From: Zygnema circumcarinatum SAG 698-1b | Lineage: Eukaryota > Plantae > Zygnematophyceae | Assembly: GCA_037447605.1 (NCBI GenBank) | Contig: CM074820.1 | Location: 2,232,001-2,296,000, forward strand | Direction of reading: 5' to 3' | DNA length: 64,000 bases | Part shown: in pieces, positions 12,401 to 29,100 of the stretch | Position numbering within the stretch: position 1 is the first letter of the stretch | Layout of the letters: every line of letters starts with the position of its first letter | Notes under the pieces: generated by a model | What the model was told of the DNA's origin: nothing | What the model saw: only the letters and a program-made list of their open reading frames with translations | Databases searched by the model: none | Translations under genes and position numbers: made by a program

Positions 12401-13834
12401 TGGTGAGGTAGAGCTTTCCCGCCACCTGTCCTGTCGCTGTCCCCACCTGCGAGAACGTGGTGGCTGCAGCCTGCGATGTTGTACTGAGCACAGCCTCGGC
12501 CGCATTAACAACTTCCGGTGGGAGATCAATCCGTGGAATTGGGGGAGGAGAAGGTAACGGGGGTAAAGGTGGCAATCCCAGTTGCTCCGCTACTCCACCC
12601 ACTGCCGCTTTGCTGCTTTCCACAGACCTGCTCAGAGCCTGTTCGGATGTCTGAAGGACACCATTGACAGAGTCAACTACCGAGTTAACAATAGAACTTA
12701 ACGACTCCTTTCCAGTATTCACAGCTCCAGTAACGGCTTCGTTTACGCTAGTCACCGCATTGCTCAGCGCTTCTTGCGCTGCAACAATTGGATTAACGTC
12801 TGGTAAAGGTGCCTCTTTTGCAGGCTCACTACTGCCTCCGCCCAGCAGCTCCCTATACCGATCTGCAGCGGACTTCAATTCACTTACGGTCTGTTCTGCG
12901 GCATCTGTAGGCGTTTCGCTCAAAAAGCTACTAGGTGCGTCTAAGCCAGGGCTAGTTGTCGCATCCAGCAACGCAGACGTCGGATCCCCTACACTTCCTG
13001 ATGCATCTCTAATCGACTCCTGTGCGGCTTCAGCATCACTTAGCGCACCCTTTGTAACTGACTCGAATACTTCTGGAGGGCCTGATTCCTCTCCTGCTTG
13101 GAGGGTTCCTGTTACAGCGACATTCAGCAAGGTGACAGGCTCAACCTCCAGGGGAGCAGAAACACTGCTATCCTCTACAGCCGATAGGTCAGCTTCTGCG
13201 ACTGAAGTTGAGAGCCATGCCATGGATGAGTCGAATGGGAGTACACTTTCAGTGAGTGGCAGTCGACTGAAACTGCCATCTAGTCCAGTCAGAGTTCCTT
13301 CCTCGGCGAAAGCTGGTTCTGTTCCAAACAGACAGAAACCTCAACCCAGAATTCAATAGCAAACATCGGCTATTCACTTTTCACACATCACGAATTGTTT
13401 TGATGGTCCATTTATAATTAGGATATCTTCAAGTTGCGCTTGCTGAGCCAAACGAAGTTCACAAAACCCTCGTCTAGAACAGGTATCTCTTGTTTGAGTG
13501 CTTCATTTTCCTTCACGATCGTCAGTGCCCTTGTGCTCAAGTATGCCACCCGTTGGCTTTCTCCTTTCCTAAATCTGCTTAACGATACACAGGGTGTGAA
13601 CAATTCGCTAGTTGTCAACAGTTTCTTACCTGTGAGTTCGTGTAGTGTTAAAAGGCTTCCAGCAACGACTCTTGTTTTCACTGTTGGCTGCAGTCGCCTC
13701 TTCACTTCTAGTCTTGAATGGGTTGTCGATCTCCACCGCTCCGCAGAAGTCGTAACGTTAGTCCGCGTCACTGTTGCTGTCCTCCTTGTTCCGAGAAAAG
13801 ATGGCTTCAGGACCCGAGTTATGGCAGCCTGCAT
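6426..13834 (-). CDS. Rhodanese-like domain protein of the CAS / At3g59780 type (probably plastid-targeted), multi-exon
   Basis: Spliced exons give a transit-peptide-like MQAAITRVLKPSFLGTRR and a long acidic Ser/Ala region (~12291-13322). They continue with VGLDPDDPLIAP, GYSGDLSPEDSLQLL...LLDIRPQ, DEDGIPDLRRGARF, KVLVMDDAG, YRVGGGFQAW, EAEAFVEEVRPTP, SRFQSYDSVEDVKAD and FLLSPLSFAAAAAMW. These match my recollection of At3g59780-like proteins; the true start is uncertain. Confidence 0.8.
8159..8210. repeat. Perfect 24-bp inverted repeat with 4-nt loop in an intron
   Basis: CATGAGAGCGACTTGTTCCTACTT-TACG-AAGTAGGAACAAGTCGCTCTCATG. Confidence 0.95.
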
Positions 13835-14690
13835 AACCCCGAGCTGCCGGAGTTCAATCTCACATTGTAACATATGCTCTGCTGCGCACAGGGCTTAGGC
13901 GCACAGAAGATTTGTGCTAAGAAGGAGACTGCTGTGAAAGGAGCAAGAGACAGGAGGGACAAATGGGAAGATAGGTTGGTCCTGGGGAGGTTCAGCGGAG
14001 TAAAAACGGACCTCCATCCAAAGGTTGCAGGGAAACATGACGGCTCAGACTAGCCTTTCTAGACGCATGCTGCCATGGCAATGCCTCACGAACAAAAGAG
14101 GCTTCGTGCGTGCATCTATTTCTGAACAACCATTGTGTCTCGCATTGATTCTTACAGCTTCCGCCACAAAGGGAATAAATTTGCTGGGGCATTTGCAAGG
14201 GGAAACATCATTCTCAATACTTAGCGGCCTCTGGAGATATCAGACGAGGAATTATTTTTCCTTTTAAACTTAGCTGAAGTTGCAACCACAGGGAAAACCG
14301 AAAGGTCTAGTTCACACAGACAGCGCTCAGCCATGGATGCGGATGACCACATCAAGATGTAGACGACAGCTAAGGTTAAGACTATTTCAGCTTGCATAGC
14401 TGCATTGTCAAAGTAGACACGTAAAAAATGAGTGAGGAGGATGCACGAGTGATTCTTCTGTCTGGAACAATTCATTACTCCACACCTCACCTCTCCAAAA
14501 AAACTGCTGGACACAAACGTGGAGGATATGGAAAATGCACTATGAGAAATGGCGACGTCAAGGACGAGAACCAGCTTCCGTGCAAAGGCGCCAGCTGTCT
14601 GCTGCAGGTCTCCAGGCGGCGCCCGACAGCCTGCCTCCACGAGCTGCGAGACAGGCCGGAGAGCAGGGCACGCGGGGGGTGGGAAACTCA

Positions 14691-14760
14691 CAGGCGGGGG
14701 CGCCGCGCAGGGAAGGGCGGAGCCGCGGGCGGCCGCGGCGGCGGGGGAGCGCATGGCCAT
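14691..14760 (-). other. Probable first exon (5' leader/uORF or N-terminal extension) of the rhodanese-like gene
   Basis: ATG in GCC context, then MAMRSPAAAAARGSALPCAAPPP, followed by a consensus GTGAGT donor. It lies downstream of a GTAC-rich GC-rich promoter-like region. Confidence 0.45.
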
Positions 14761-15705
14761 GGCCTCCTCGGCTCGCCTCGCCTCGCCTTGCTCCTCTCCT
14801 TTCTCCTCTCTCCTCTCTCTCCTCTCCGCTCTGCCCGCCGGAGGGAGCTGGAGCCGCACCCCCGTACAGACGGACGGACGACCGCCGTATGAAACCGTAC
14901 TGATTGTACGGAATGTGAAGCGGCCGCAGTCCGTACGGCCCGCCTCGGCCTCGCCCTCGCCCTCGCCCACGGCCACAGACAGACGAAGGGGAGGGGAGGC
15001 GGAGCCCTGCGCTCGCTCGCTCGCTCCTCCTCCCCTCGCTCGCTCGCTCGCGGCCTGCAGTGCATTGCAGTGCAGTGCAGAGCAGTCTGAAGCACCGACC
15101 AAGTCCGACAAGGACTGCCGTATGCTTTTCCTGGAATTTGCATGGAGAAGTTGCAGACATCGCAAGCATACTGTCTACATAGATAGCTGTCTTTCAAGAA
15201 GCAGGACAGCAGTGTGTTTTGTCTTTTACAGGTACAGCTATGAATTGCAAGAAATTTCGAATTATTTTCTGTCACTCGACATTATTCAATATCGCTGGTC
15301 GCTGATTCGCTGATTGAAGTCATGGGATGTCATATTTGACTTTCACTCTCTACCGTGTTATTTGCTGTATGCTGGGCGGTTCACATGATTTTGTTTATCC
15401 TTACAATGTACAGATTTAGCAAGCAAACAGAGGATAAAAGACCGAACTTCACGGTTTCGCGTTCAGCCTATGGAGTATTCACTTTTCAAAACAGATATTT
15501 TCATTACGAAACTCGATACTCCGACCGTTATACACATCAACCGGCAGCGAATTCAGCAAATGCTACACCACTAGGATTCCGAAGAAACTCAATTTATTCT
15601 GTTTACGGTCCACGACACAATTTGACATCAACAATCACTCTGTCTATCGCCTAACCTTTAAAGGAAAAATGTTATACAACTTTAAGGCATGCAGTCATCC
15701 CTCGG

Positions 15706-19641
<3,936 letters not shown>

Positions 19642-19733
19642 TCAGAGGCTGCTAGCGGCAAAACAAACGGCTAGGCTCTAAGGTCAGCGGCAGGCAGGGA
19701 GCGAACGGCGAAGTGGCGAGGAGGGAGGCGCGC

Positions 19734-19952
19734 TATAAGGGGGGTCGAAGGGGGGCGCGGGGCTTCCAGAGGCTGACCAGTCCAGGCCCTTTCCAGAAGG
19801 GAACGGAAGGGAACCCAAACTTTCCAGAAGCGAACCAACCAACCGCCCTCCCGCCGGTGGACGGCGGACGGCGGAGATGCCTCGGCTCGCGCGGGGCGCG
19901 CGTGCAGCCGTGGATCGGCGGCGTACGGCGCGGGCCCGCGAGGCTTCTAGAA
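19734..19952 (-). promoter_or_regulatory. HSP90 promoter: heat shock elements and TATA-like box
   Basis: TTCnnGAA units at 19791-19798, 19822-19829 and 19945-19952, a partial one at 19764, and extra GAA pentamers. A TTATAG lies ~100 bp upstream of the ATG. Confidence 0.8.
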
Positions 19953-20557
19953 CACCGCGCCGCGCGTCGCAGTCAACCCTTTGCCGGTCGGCACCGCTCC
20001 GCCCGGCCGCCGGCAGACGCGTACGGCCGCCGGCTACCGTACAGCCCGCCCGGCGCTTCCGCGTCACGAATCACGCTGTTGATCGGCTTGGTCGAGTGCG
20101 CCACTGAATGACTGACTGATCGGCAGCTTGACTGACTGATTGCCTGTTTGACTGACTGACTGGTTGACTGACTGCCTCTGTTTGATTGACTGTTTGACTG
20201 ACTCGTCCGTCCGTCCGATGGCCTTGCGGGCCGGGCCGGGAGCATTGGAGCTACCGCGAGCGAGTGAGCCGCGCTCCGTCCGCGCATGTGCGAGTACATC
20301 AACTCCGCCGCGTGCTTTGTTTGTTTGTTTGTTTGTTTGAAGCTGCGCTGTCCCAACAATCTCCTCCGCACGCACGCATGCCATCACAAAGAGGCCCGTC
20401 CGCAATGTGCAAGTGTCCAAGGAGCACTCAACATTTCGATTCCATACATTAGCAAGCTCAATAAGGTTGTCGATTATACCCAAAAAAACAACAACAGCGG
20501 CACACAGGTCCATCGATACAGTTGTCGCGCGCTCTTGCAGAGCATAGCACTATTCAG

Positions 20558-23500
20558 TCAGTCAGTCAGTCGGCGCGCGAGCGCGGCCTCCATCGCGAGG
20601 CGGCGCGCGGCGAGGCGGCCGTACGCTCTGCGCAGGTCGGCGCCGCCCGCGGGCTGCGCGGGCCGGAGCGCCGCCGCATTGTCGGCCTCGCCCTCGCCCT
20701 CGCCCTCGCCCTCGCACGCGCGGAGGAGCGCGGCGAAGGGCACGAAGGCCCCGCGCGCGCGGCAGAGCCACCCGTGGAAGGCCCGCAGCGCCGCGCCCAA
20801 AGAGGCCGAGTCTGCGCCAGAGAGACAGGCAGGCAGGCAGGCAGGCAGGCAGAGGGTCAGTGCACAGGAGGGCGCCCCAGCCTCTCACCAAACGAACACC
20901 ACACCTGTGTCCTATTCATGGAGGATTTCCTCTACAAACTTCTCGATATTATTCATATTCCCATCCGTTTAGTTAAAGAGCAGGAGGCTTCATCTTAGGA
21001 ACAAACAGCTTGCAATTGCATTATCTTAAATACACAATCCATCAACGCCTTGCGCTCATGCCCTTTGTCCCCAATTACCAGGCAAGCTATCCAAAGGAAG
21101 GAGCAATCAACTTGGAGTTTTGCACCACTACAGGACCTGCTCGGCCATTCAATTTACTCTTCGAGTGCTCTTCTCATGACGAACTCGACCCCAAACGAAT
21201 CATATATGCAATGATTAATAAAGCATAGCAATTTGAAGATGGCTATTATGGCAAATAATTCATCGACTTGGATGCATTCATATAAAAAAAAAAAAAAAAA
21301 AAACCCACACTTCTTAACAAAACGGCATGAATGACAAGACTTGAGGACACCCCGGCCATGCCCCTCCCGCACCCCCTTCTCGTTCGTTCGCCCCTCACAG
21401 AGGAGGAGCCGCGCGTACCCGAGCGGTCCGCGGTGTAGACGGGGCACCCGAACACGAGCGCGGCCTGCTCGAGGAGCCGCGCGTTGCCCGACCCGCCGCC
21501 GGTCGCGACCACGCGCGCGGGGGGGCTCGGCAGGCCCATGCGCTCCGCGTGGCCGCGCATGGCGACCATCTGCCCCTCCACAAGGGCTCGCACCTGAACC
21601 ACAAACAAAAAAAAAAAATTCAGATTCGGGCCCCGCTGCCTGTGCCCCCAAGCAGTCAAAATGGGACGGTGAAGCAGTTTTGCTGGTCAGATGATTCTTT
21701 TAATTCTGCATTTTATAAGAGTGGTCGTACGGAGATACAGAAAACAGGCAGATTACAAAGACACTCCCATCACAGTCACGACTTTGGACGCGTGTTCATC
21801 CAAAAGCAAAACAGACGTGATCTCACCTCTCTTGCAGGAGTGAAGTCAGAAACCGGCTTGGCTTCACTAGAGCTGCCATTGCTCTCTTCCACAATGAACC
21901 GATGAACACCGGCTGCAGATGTCACATCGGAGTAAGGCTGCTAAATTCAGCAGAACATGTGAAGCAAGTGGCACGCTGGACACATCGTAGATTCAGAACA
22001 ACTTTGAGGGGCAAGTTGGCACCTGGCAAAGGGGGTAATATCTCTGAGTCACGATAGTAAAAGCCCACGTAGCCATCTGCAAGCGTAAAACCAACATGCA
22101 AAAAGAAAATCCTTTTCAGAAACGAAAGTCAAACTGCTACATATTGTTGTACTGTCTTAATGCCCAAACCATCCTCGAGAAAATAAAAAGAAATGCAGAA
22201 TCAGTGGAACCTTCCTGTAGACAACACTTACATAAATCACTATACACCGATACATGAATGAGCACCCTTACTTTTAAAAGTTGTCACAAGAGAGAAGTTA
22301 AGCATTTGTATGCAGCCATCATTCCTTGATTCTCAGCTCACTTTGCCATTACATACAGAGCTCGATGCTGTTAGTTGTTCCATGTTTCATAGAAGTGTGT
22401 AGAATGCGTTTCAACAAGGTAATGTTGAAGGGAGGGCTTCAGGCATGCCAACCATTAAGGGGCGGCGTGGCCGCGAGGAGGTCGTTGAAGGTCTCCCACG
22501 AGCCCTCCGCCACGCGGTCGCGCACTTCTGCCAGCGCGGAGGGCATGCTAAATCCATAGATTACTAAAAGCATTTATGAATCATTTAGCTGTGGGACAGC
22601 TGATTGGGCTCTGCTATTGAGTACAGAAGGTCGAAATGAAGAAGTCGTGAGTTTCAAGCCCCGTTCTTTTGAACAGTCTGCACAGGTCTTGCTGACCTTG
22701 GCGAGCTAACGAGCCGTTCTTGTAGCAGAGCATCGCCATGAAGCTGCCCGGGTCCACCGGGTTCGGGAACACGTGTCCCTCCGTCCCCGGCTTTGGCTCA
22801 CGGACAACTCCGAACACCTGTGAGATAAAGTGAGAGTCAAGCGTTCTCCCAGCCGTGCGAGCGGATATCCATGTAGTGGAACTGAATGAAAGGAAGCAGC
22901 ACAACGTAAGCCTGAAGTTTCCCAGTCTGCCAGGCTACCGTGTCACTTGTTCCAAAGCTGATGGCCAGGTCACCGGGTCGATCCAAAGCCAATCCTGAGA
23001 AGAGCAAACCCAATAGGGTATCTCACCCCCATTGTATGCTTTCTCGCTCTGCATCCACTAAAACGTGACACCATTTTTTCTTTTTGGCATTTACCTATAC
23101 TACCTGGAAAGGAAAAAAGAAGAAAAATTCTTTGCTGAATATGCTGATGTCTTGAAGCTGACCTCAAAGGTGCACAAGAGAGTTCGTACCGGCCAGGCTG
23201 CAAGGGTTATCGCCTGACCAAGTTACAACTTCGCACTCCGGGTTGAATCCGTATCTGACAGAATGATGTTTCCATCAAAAGGGGAGCACAGGCAAATAAA
23301 TCGTTTAGAAAACCTGACAGGCCGGTCTGCAGTTATCTTGGTCTCACGCATGCCTGCCAGGGGTCTATTTATTTGTTATGGCTCGTTGCACATCACATTT
23401 CAAGGCGCGACAGTCTTCATTAAATGCCTATCTCACACGAAACAGGCCTCCATATTCTACCCTTTACTTGGACGGCTTGAAGGGAGGCCACAGGCCAAAT

Positions 23501-25230
23501 GGACGTGAAAGTGAACCTCTCTACAAAAAAAGGGTGTATACGGCCTGCCACGCTGTGAGACGGTGCGAGAGGACCCAGCCGGCCTTCCAGACCAGGAGCT
23601 GTAGCCTGCATGCCCTCCAAGCCAAGATTGCAGAAATGGATCGGGCTCGGTCGGACCAATCAAACAATTGAACAAGGACAAACAATGGAACAAACAATGC
23701 TAGAGGAACAATCTGGCAATCTAGCATGATGGCAACAATCTTAAAACAGAGGCCTTCAGAGCATTCACAAATGGGCATGCAAGGAAAACAGTTGTAAAAA
23801 AGCAAACGTCTATATGCTCCAGATATAAGAATAAAACCTACATCTAGCGCCGCGGCCGCCCATCGACGTCCGTGGAGATCCATGAGGTTCATTCCCGCTC
23901 CATCACTGTGATCTATTGCAGCATAGTCACCGATCAGTAACGACGCCCCAAAGGAGCTCACCAACGAAATCCTTTCTGTGGCATCATAGACTTCCATTTC
24001 GTCCTCGTACATCTTTCGGATCTGGGGACCAGTGAACCTCTCATATGCTCTAGAACCAGTGAGTGCAGCCACAGTTGCTGGACCTCCAAGGGACCGTTCT
24101 ATGTCATGACACTGCTTCGATGTGCTGCTGTCCATCCACACGGGACTCTTGCTGGTGGAAAATGCTTCCGCCAGCTGAGTCACAAGGCTTTCAGAGGCGC
24201 GCAAATTGTTCAAGAGCGCTCTGGCGCCCTTCCTCCAGTAGACACTGCCGTGCTGCTGACCGCTGCCAGAGATGGCGATAACTCGGTGAAAAGGGAAGGA
24301 CGCGGCCTTCAGGTTGTCAAACACAGTCTCCACCGCTTCCATCCACATTTGCGGAGGTGCTGTGATTCGATTTTTGTCGTGAGGATCACGATGCACGCCA
24401 TCCTTTGTGCCGTAATGGGGTAAAGCCGAGTCGTATTGAATTGCCTCAGATGAAAATATGCGAAGCTGTGAATCGAGTGCAGTTACCTTCATGGACCTGT
24501 CGGGAGGTTTAGGACACAAGAACAATAATGAGACTTTGTAAAAAGGGACTTAATTGCCTTGTCCTGCACGTTTTTCAACAGGCTTGTATACTCCACCGCC
24601 GTCTTCATGTTATTTCTGTGTTACGTCGCTTTCAAGTGGCCTGTTCTTCCACCTCCAAACAACGTGCTGAGCATGGGCTTTGGCTGGCTTCAACCCAACC
24701 AAAAAGCATTCTCAGCACATTGCGCGATACAAAATTAGCGAAAGGTTTCTCCTACTCTCAAATTTTCCGCATTACTTACTTTCTGCCTTTGCTGATTGCA
24801 AGTGCTAAAATTGCTATATCCACTTGCATTTGTTCGCAAATTTCTCATGAATTTCTCATGGATTCTCATTTATTTCTCATGGATTCTCATTTTTCATTTC
24901 TCAATTCCAAAACTTGATTTTATTTCCTATTTCAGAGACCTGTTCCAAGAGGTTTTAGCGAATATCAATTCCCGTCGCACACCAATATTAGCATCAGCGA
25001 AGATAAGGAGCACGGCTAAATGAATTAAATATTAACAGCTTCTCACTTTCCAAACAGGCAGCACCTCCATCCTTAAGCTTGATGCAGCAACAGAGACGGT
25101 GAAGTGAAAAGCAAGCGAGCGACAGCAAAGGGGCAAGCAAGGGGCGGGCGAGAGAGAGAGCGCACTGCGTGGAGCAGTCGAGGCCCAGCGCGAGCCCCTC
25201 CGCCGGCAGAGCACGCGCCGCACCCGCCAT
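20558..25230 (-). CDS. XK2: Xylulose kinase (FGGY family, plant XK2 / XYLB type), multi-exon
   Basis: LGLDCSTQ|SMKVTALD, SGSGQQHGSVYW, PVWMDSST, GSRAYERFTGPQIRK, HSDGAGMNLMD, WSGDNPCSLA, VRALVEGQM...ATGGGSGN, DSASLGAALRAFHGWLC; stop at 20558. Confidence 0.93.
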
Positions 25231-25562
25231 GCCCCCGCCCTGCCCCCGCCCTCCGCTCTCCTGCTCTCTCTCAGCGCCCCGCCCCGCCCTGCTCAACACC
25301 GCGCGCTCTACAAGGACCCGCACGCGCACGCGCACGCGCACTCGTACTCGCTCGGCGACCTTCGCGGCTGCTTGGAGGGAAGAGGGAGGGCTTGAAGCGT
25401 TGTTGAGCCGAGGCGGAGCTTTTTTTCTTTTGTCCTTAGATCGTAAGTGACCAGTTCCTCGTAGTTTGGTTCCCCATGATGATTTGTCCATGCACATTTA
25501 ATGGCATCGCCATCGTGAGATCAATGCCACACCTTCCTTCGCTCGCCCGCTTAAACTCACAA

Positions 25563-25864
25563 TCGAACTCGATCTCGAACTCGATCTCGAACTCGAACTC
25601 GATCTCGAACTCGAACTCGAACTCGAACTCGAACTCGAACTCGAACTCGAACTCGAACTCGAACTCGAACTCGAACTCGAACTCGAACTCGAACTCGAAC
25701 TCGAACTCGAACTCGAACTCGAACTCGAACTCGAACTCGAACTCGAACTCGAACTCGAACTCGAACTCGAACTCGAACTCGAACTCGAACTCGAACTCGA
25801 ACTCGAACTCGAACTCGAACTCGAACTCGAACTCGAACTCGAACTCGAACTCGAACTCGAACTC
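25563..25864. repeat. (AACTCG)n hexamer microsatellite, about 50 units
   Basis: Near-perfect array with three ATCTCG variants at the left end. It lies in the divergent XK/BLTP2 intergenic region. Confidence 0.97.
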
Positions 25865-25873
25865 ACACTAGCA

Positions 25874-25938
25874 CATCCCATCCCCATCCCCATCCCCATC
25901 CCCATCCCCATCCCCATCCCCATCCCCATCCCCATCCC
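25874..25938. repeat. (CCCCAT)n hexamer microsatellite, about 10 units
   Basis: Directly follows the AACTCG array, ~60 bp before the BLTP2 ATG. Confidence 0.95.
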
Positions 25939-25996
25939 GCTCCCGCTGCCCTGCCCTGCCCTCTCCCCCGGCGCCCGGCGGTCGGGGCGGGCGGCC

Positions 25997-26113
25997 ATGG
26001 CGCTCTCGCCGGTGGCATTCGTGCTGCTCTTCCTCACTCTCGCAACAGGCGCGTGGCTCCTCGCCAAGTGAGCTCAGCCGCCTCTCCGGCCCGCTCTTTT
26101 TTTTTTTTTTTTT

Positions 26114-26157
<44 letters not shown>

Positions 26158-29100
26158 AACTGTCTCTGCCTGCTCAGCAGGCTCACCCAGGAGATGGCCA
26201 TGGGCTTCTCTGCAGGTCCTTTGCTCGGATCATCGCGCTTGCTATCAGCATTGTGACAGGAAACACAGTCAGTTTCCGCGTTTTGGGTTTACTGCGGCTG
26301 AAGGATGTTGCGATCAAGTTCAAAAAAGTGCGCGCGCTACCTCCTTCTCCTCCTTCTCCTCCCCTTCCTCACTTTTGAAGAGGTGGCATCTCTGATATGG
26401 CTAGTCCATGGAGAGAATTGAGTAGCAGGTCGCGCAAAATTTAAGTCATCATATCATGGAGGGTGTGGCATACACGAAAACCTGGATCGTCGCTGACCAC
26501 AATTAGATGGCTTAGCTGCATGGGAGCACGGAGTCATGAGTATGATGCAATGTCGTAGTCTAGCGGTAATATCTTTGGTAGGAACGCAAGCAATTCGCTC
26601 AATGGGGACACTCCTTGATAATGGTTGTTTAAAATTTACGTTGGCGTATATCATTGCTTAAACCTAGAGTGCAGCATGTTTCCATGCTTGAATCTAACGA
26701 TTTGAGGGATTTTTAAGTAGTGACTTAGCCTAAGTTTTTTGTTCGACTTTTTATGTTTTCTCTGCTGTTCGAGGAAACACTATGACTCTTTATAAATCAA
26801 GTAGTTATTGTGAGGCACAGGGCACGTGTTAGATTTCAGTGCAAACACCGTACGAATGACAACTGTGGCAGATGACAAGGATGTGTTGACCTTAGAAACT
26901 TGACAAACCTCCAAATTTTTTTCTCGCTTTCAGCTCGAGTCACTTAATTCAAGCATCTTCTAGCAGCTTGTATTTGGAAAGCCTTCTTCTCTCCGTTTGG
27001 CTGTCCCCTTTCTGCCTTGTCCTGTCTGTCTCCTCTTGTCATTGTTCCTCCTTCACGTGTCCAGATTCCACCACTTGCTGTGCTTCTGACTGCTTTTCAC
27101 TCCGATCGCTTACCTTCCAGTGTTTTCCTTTATCCTGAACCCCGCCTTCTTTTCTCATTTTCTTTGCTGCCCCCGTTCTCCATGCAGGGTAGCCTCGAAT
27201 CAATCTTTGTTCATGAGATGCGGGCTAATTTTTCGCAGTCCTTGCATCTGCGACTCTTACTGGCACCGTCGAACTTCAAGCTGCATCTTCAACTTCGGGA
27301 TGTCGAAATCGTGGTGCGGCCCTCCCCTCCCCGCAGAGGGGCGAGGCGCAGAGGCGCGCCGGGCGGCGGCCGCGGAAAGTGGCGCCTGCTCGCGGGCCTC
27401 GCAAGGGCGCTGCACTGCTCCGCCAGCGACGTCGTTGTGCGCACCGCGCAGGTGAGCCCACCTCGCAACGATCGGGAACCGGGGCATGGCATGCAGGCAT
27501 TGGTCGATTAGCCACGCTAGCTAGCCGCTCTACGGCAAGGTATTGCGTCCTCTCTCATATGCTTCGTTCCAGCCTCTCAGTATTATCGCAGTCAATGAAC
27601 ACAAACTTCTCCGATTACGCTGAAAATGCTTTTTCGAGTGAAAGTCTTGTCTCTCCCATGGTTTGGCATCCTACTGAATTCCAATTTGTTAGGTTTAATG
27701 AGTCGTCGAGATGTTGTAATATCTCAAAAATGCACCTCCATTCTTTTTGTGTTTAAATTCTGTGAATTTGTTGCGGCTTGAAAAGCTTACATTCTGCTGT
27801 AAGTCCAACATCCCGAGCCTTCACTACCGAGCACAAGAATATCCTTCTGTTTCTCCAACAGTTTGCAGAGCGCTGGAGAGCGGGAAAGCATTGTTGCCCG
27901 TAAGCAGGAGGCGAGTCTCTGCGGGTGCAGGTCGCGGAGGTATGGCTGCACGTGCGCGAGGCGGAGGCGGGTGCGCGCAGGGACGGCCCCGGCCTCGCGG
28001 TGGCGCTGGACGTGGCCGCCGCGAGCATGAGTGTGCTTCTAGACGACGGGGGGCGGGCCGCGGGGAGGCCGCTCTTCGGGCTCGGGCTCGGCCTCTTCCT
28101 GCGCCCGCCCGCCGCCGGGGAACTCTCCCGCCTCGTGGCCGTCGAGCACCTCGCCCTCGACCTCACCCTCGACCACGCCAGGTAAGGCCAGGCCAGGCCA
28201 GGGGGACCGTCAGGGGACCGTCAAGGGACCGTGAGGGGACCGTCAAGGGACCGTGTGGGGACCCACCTGAGGAGGTGGATGCCGCCTATGTGTGAATCCG
28301 AGGCATGCTGAGCGTGGGTATGCAGAAAGAGTATGCTTCAGCATGGACTAGGTCACTGCACGCTGTTGCCCTTCTGTTGGAGAGCAGCTACTTTCGGATA
28401 TCTGCAGTTATTGGGTCGACCCACGAGCGGGACTTATGACGCCCTCCCTCCTGTCTGCAAGGATCTGTATGTTAGGTGTTCGATCTGGTATGATTGACAA
28501 TGAGTGCAGAGTTCAAGAGGCTCATAGGGGTGCGAGTTTTAATGAATGTCCAAAAATATATGCTCATAATGGAAGTGAAAGTGTCATGTCCTTTTTTGTG
28601 TATCTTTTACTTTATTGGATCCGTAACAATAATTTTACTGACTTTATGCAAAAAAGTTTTACAGTCGCCGCCTGGGCTCGATTGCCTTCATGAGGTAGTG
28701 AACCGGTACCACTCTCATCTCTGACTGCTCTGAGCAGATTGCTCCCTTTCTGAATCCTCCATTCTCGATTGCTCCTGGACGAAAAGGAGTAATTTTATTC
28801 CCTCGCGCTGCGCTGCAGGGACGTGGGCGTTGTGCTCAAGACAGCCAAAGTGGCCTGCGGAGCCGTCGACCTGGACCTCACGGAGCAACTGCTTGACGTG
28901 AAGCTGCAAATGGCAGCGAAAGAGAAGGAGCCAAGTCGTGATGCCGAGGGAGAGGATGCGGTCGGAGTAGGAGATGCACCAGCGCCGAAAAGAATTCCGC
29001 TTCAAAAGGTTCCTGAGAAGGTGAGAAGGTGGCCTGTCTGTGCAATTGTCGCTGCTGTACGTGTCGTGACATCTGTGCTGCAGTTAGCCTGGTCGTGCAT

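Noticed and set aside
19684-20972. Several long GC-rich ORFs between HSP90 and XK2, and similar ones at 14221-15313 and 3116-4394
   Set aside because: They are antisense or alternate-frame shadows of GC-rich exons and promoters, with low-complexity Arg/Ala/Pro content.
25476-26067. Poly-NS, poly-S and poly-MG ORFs
   Set aside because: They are translations of the (AACTCG)n and (CCCCAT)n microsatellites.
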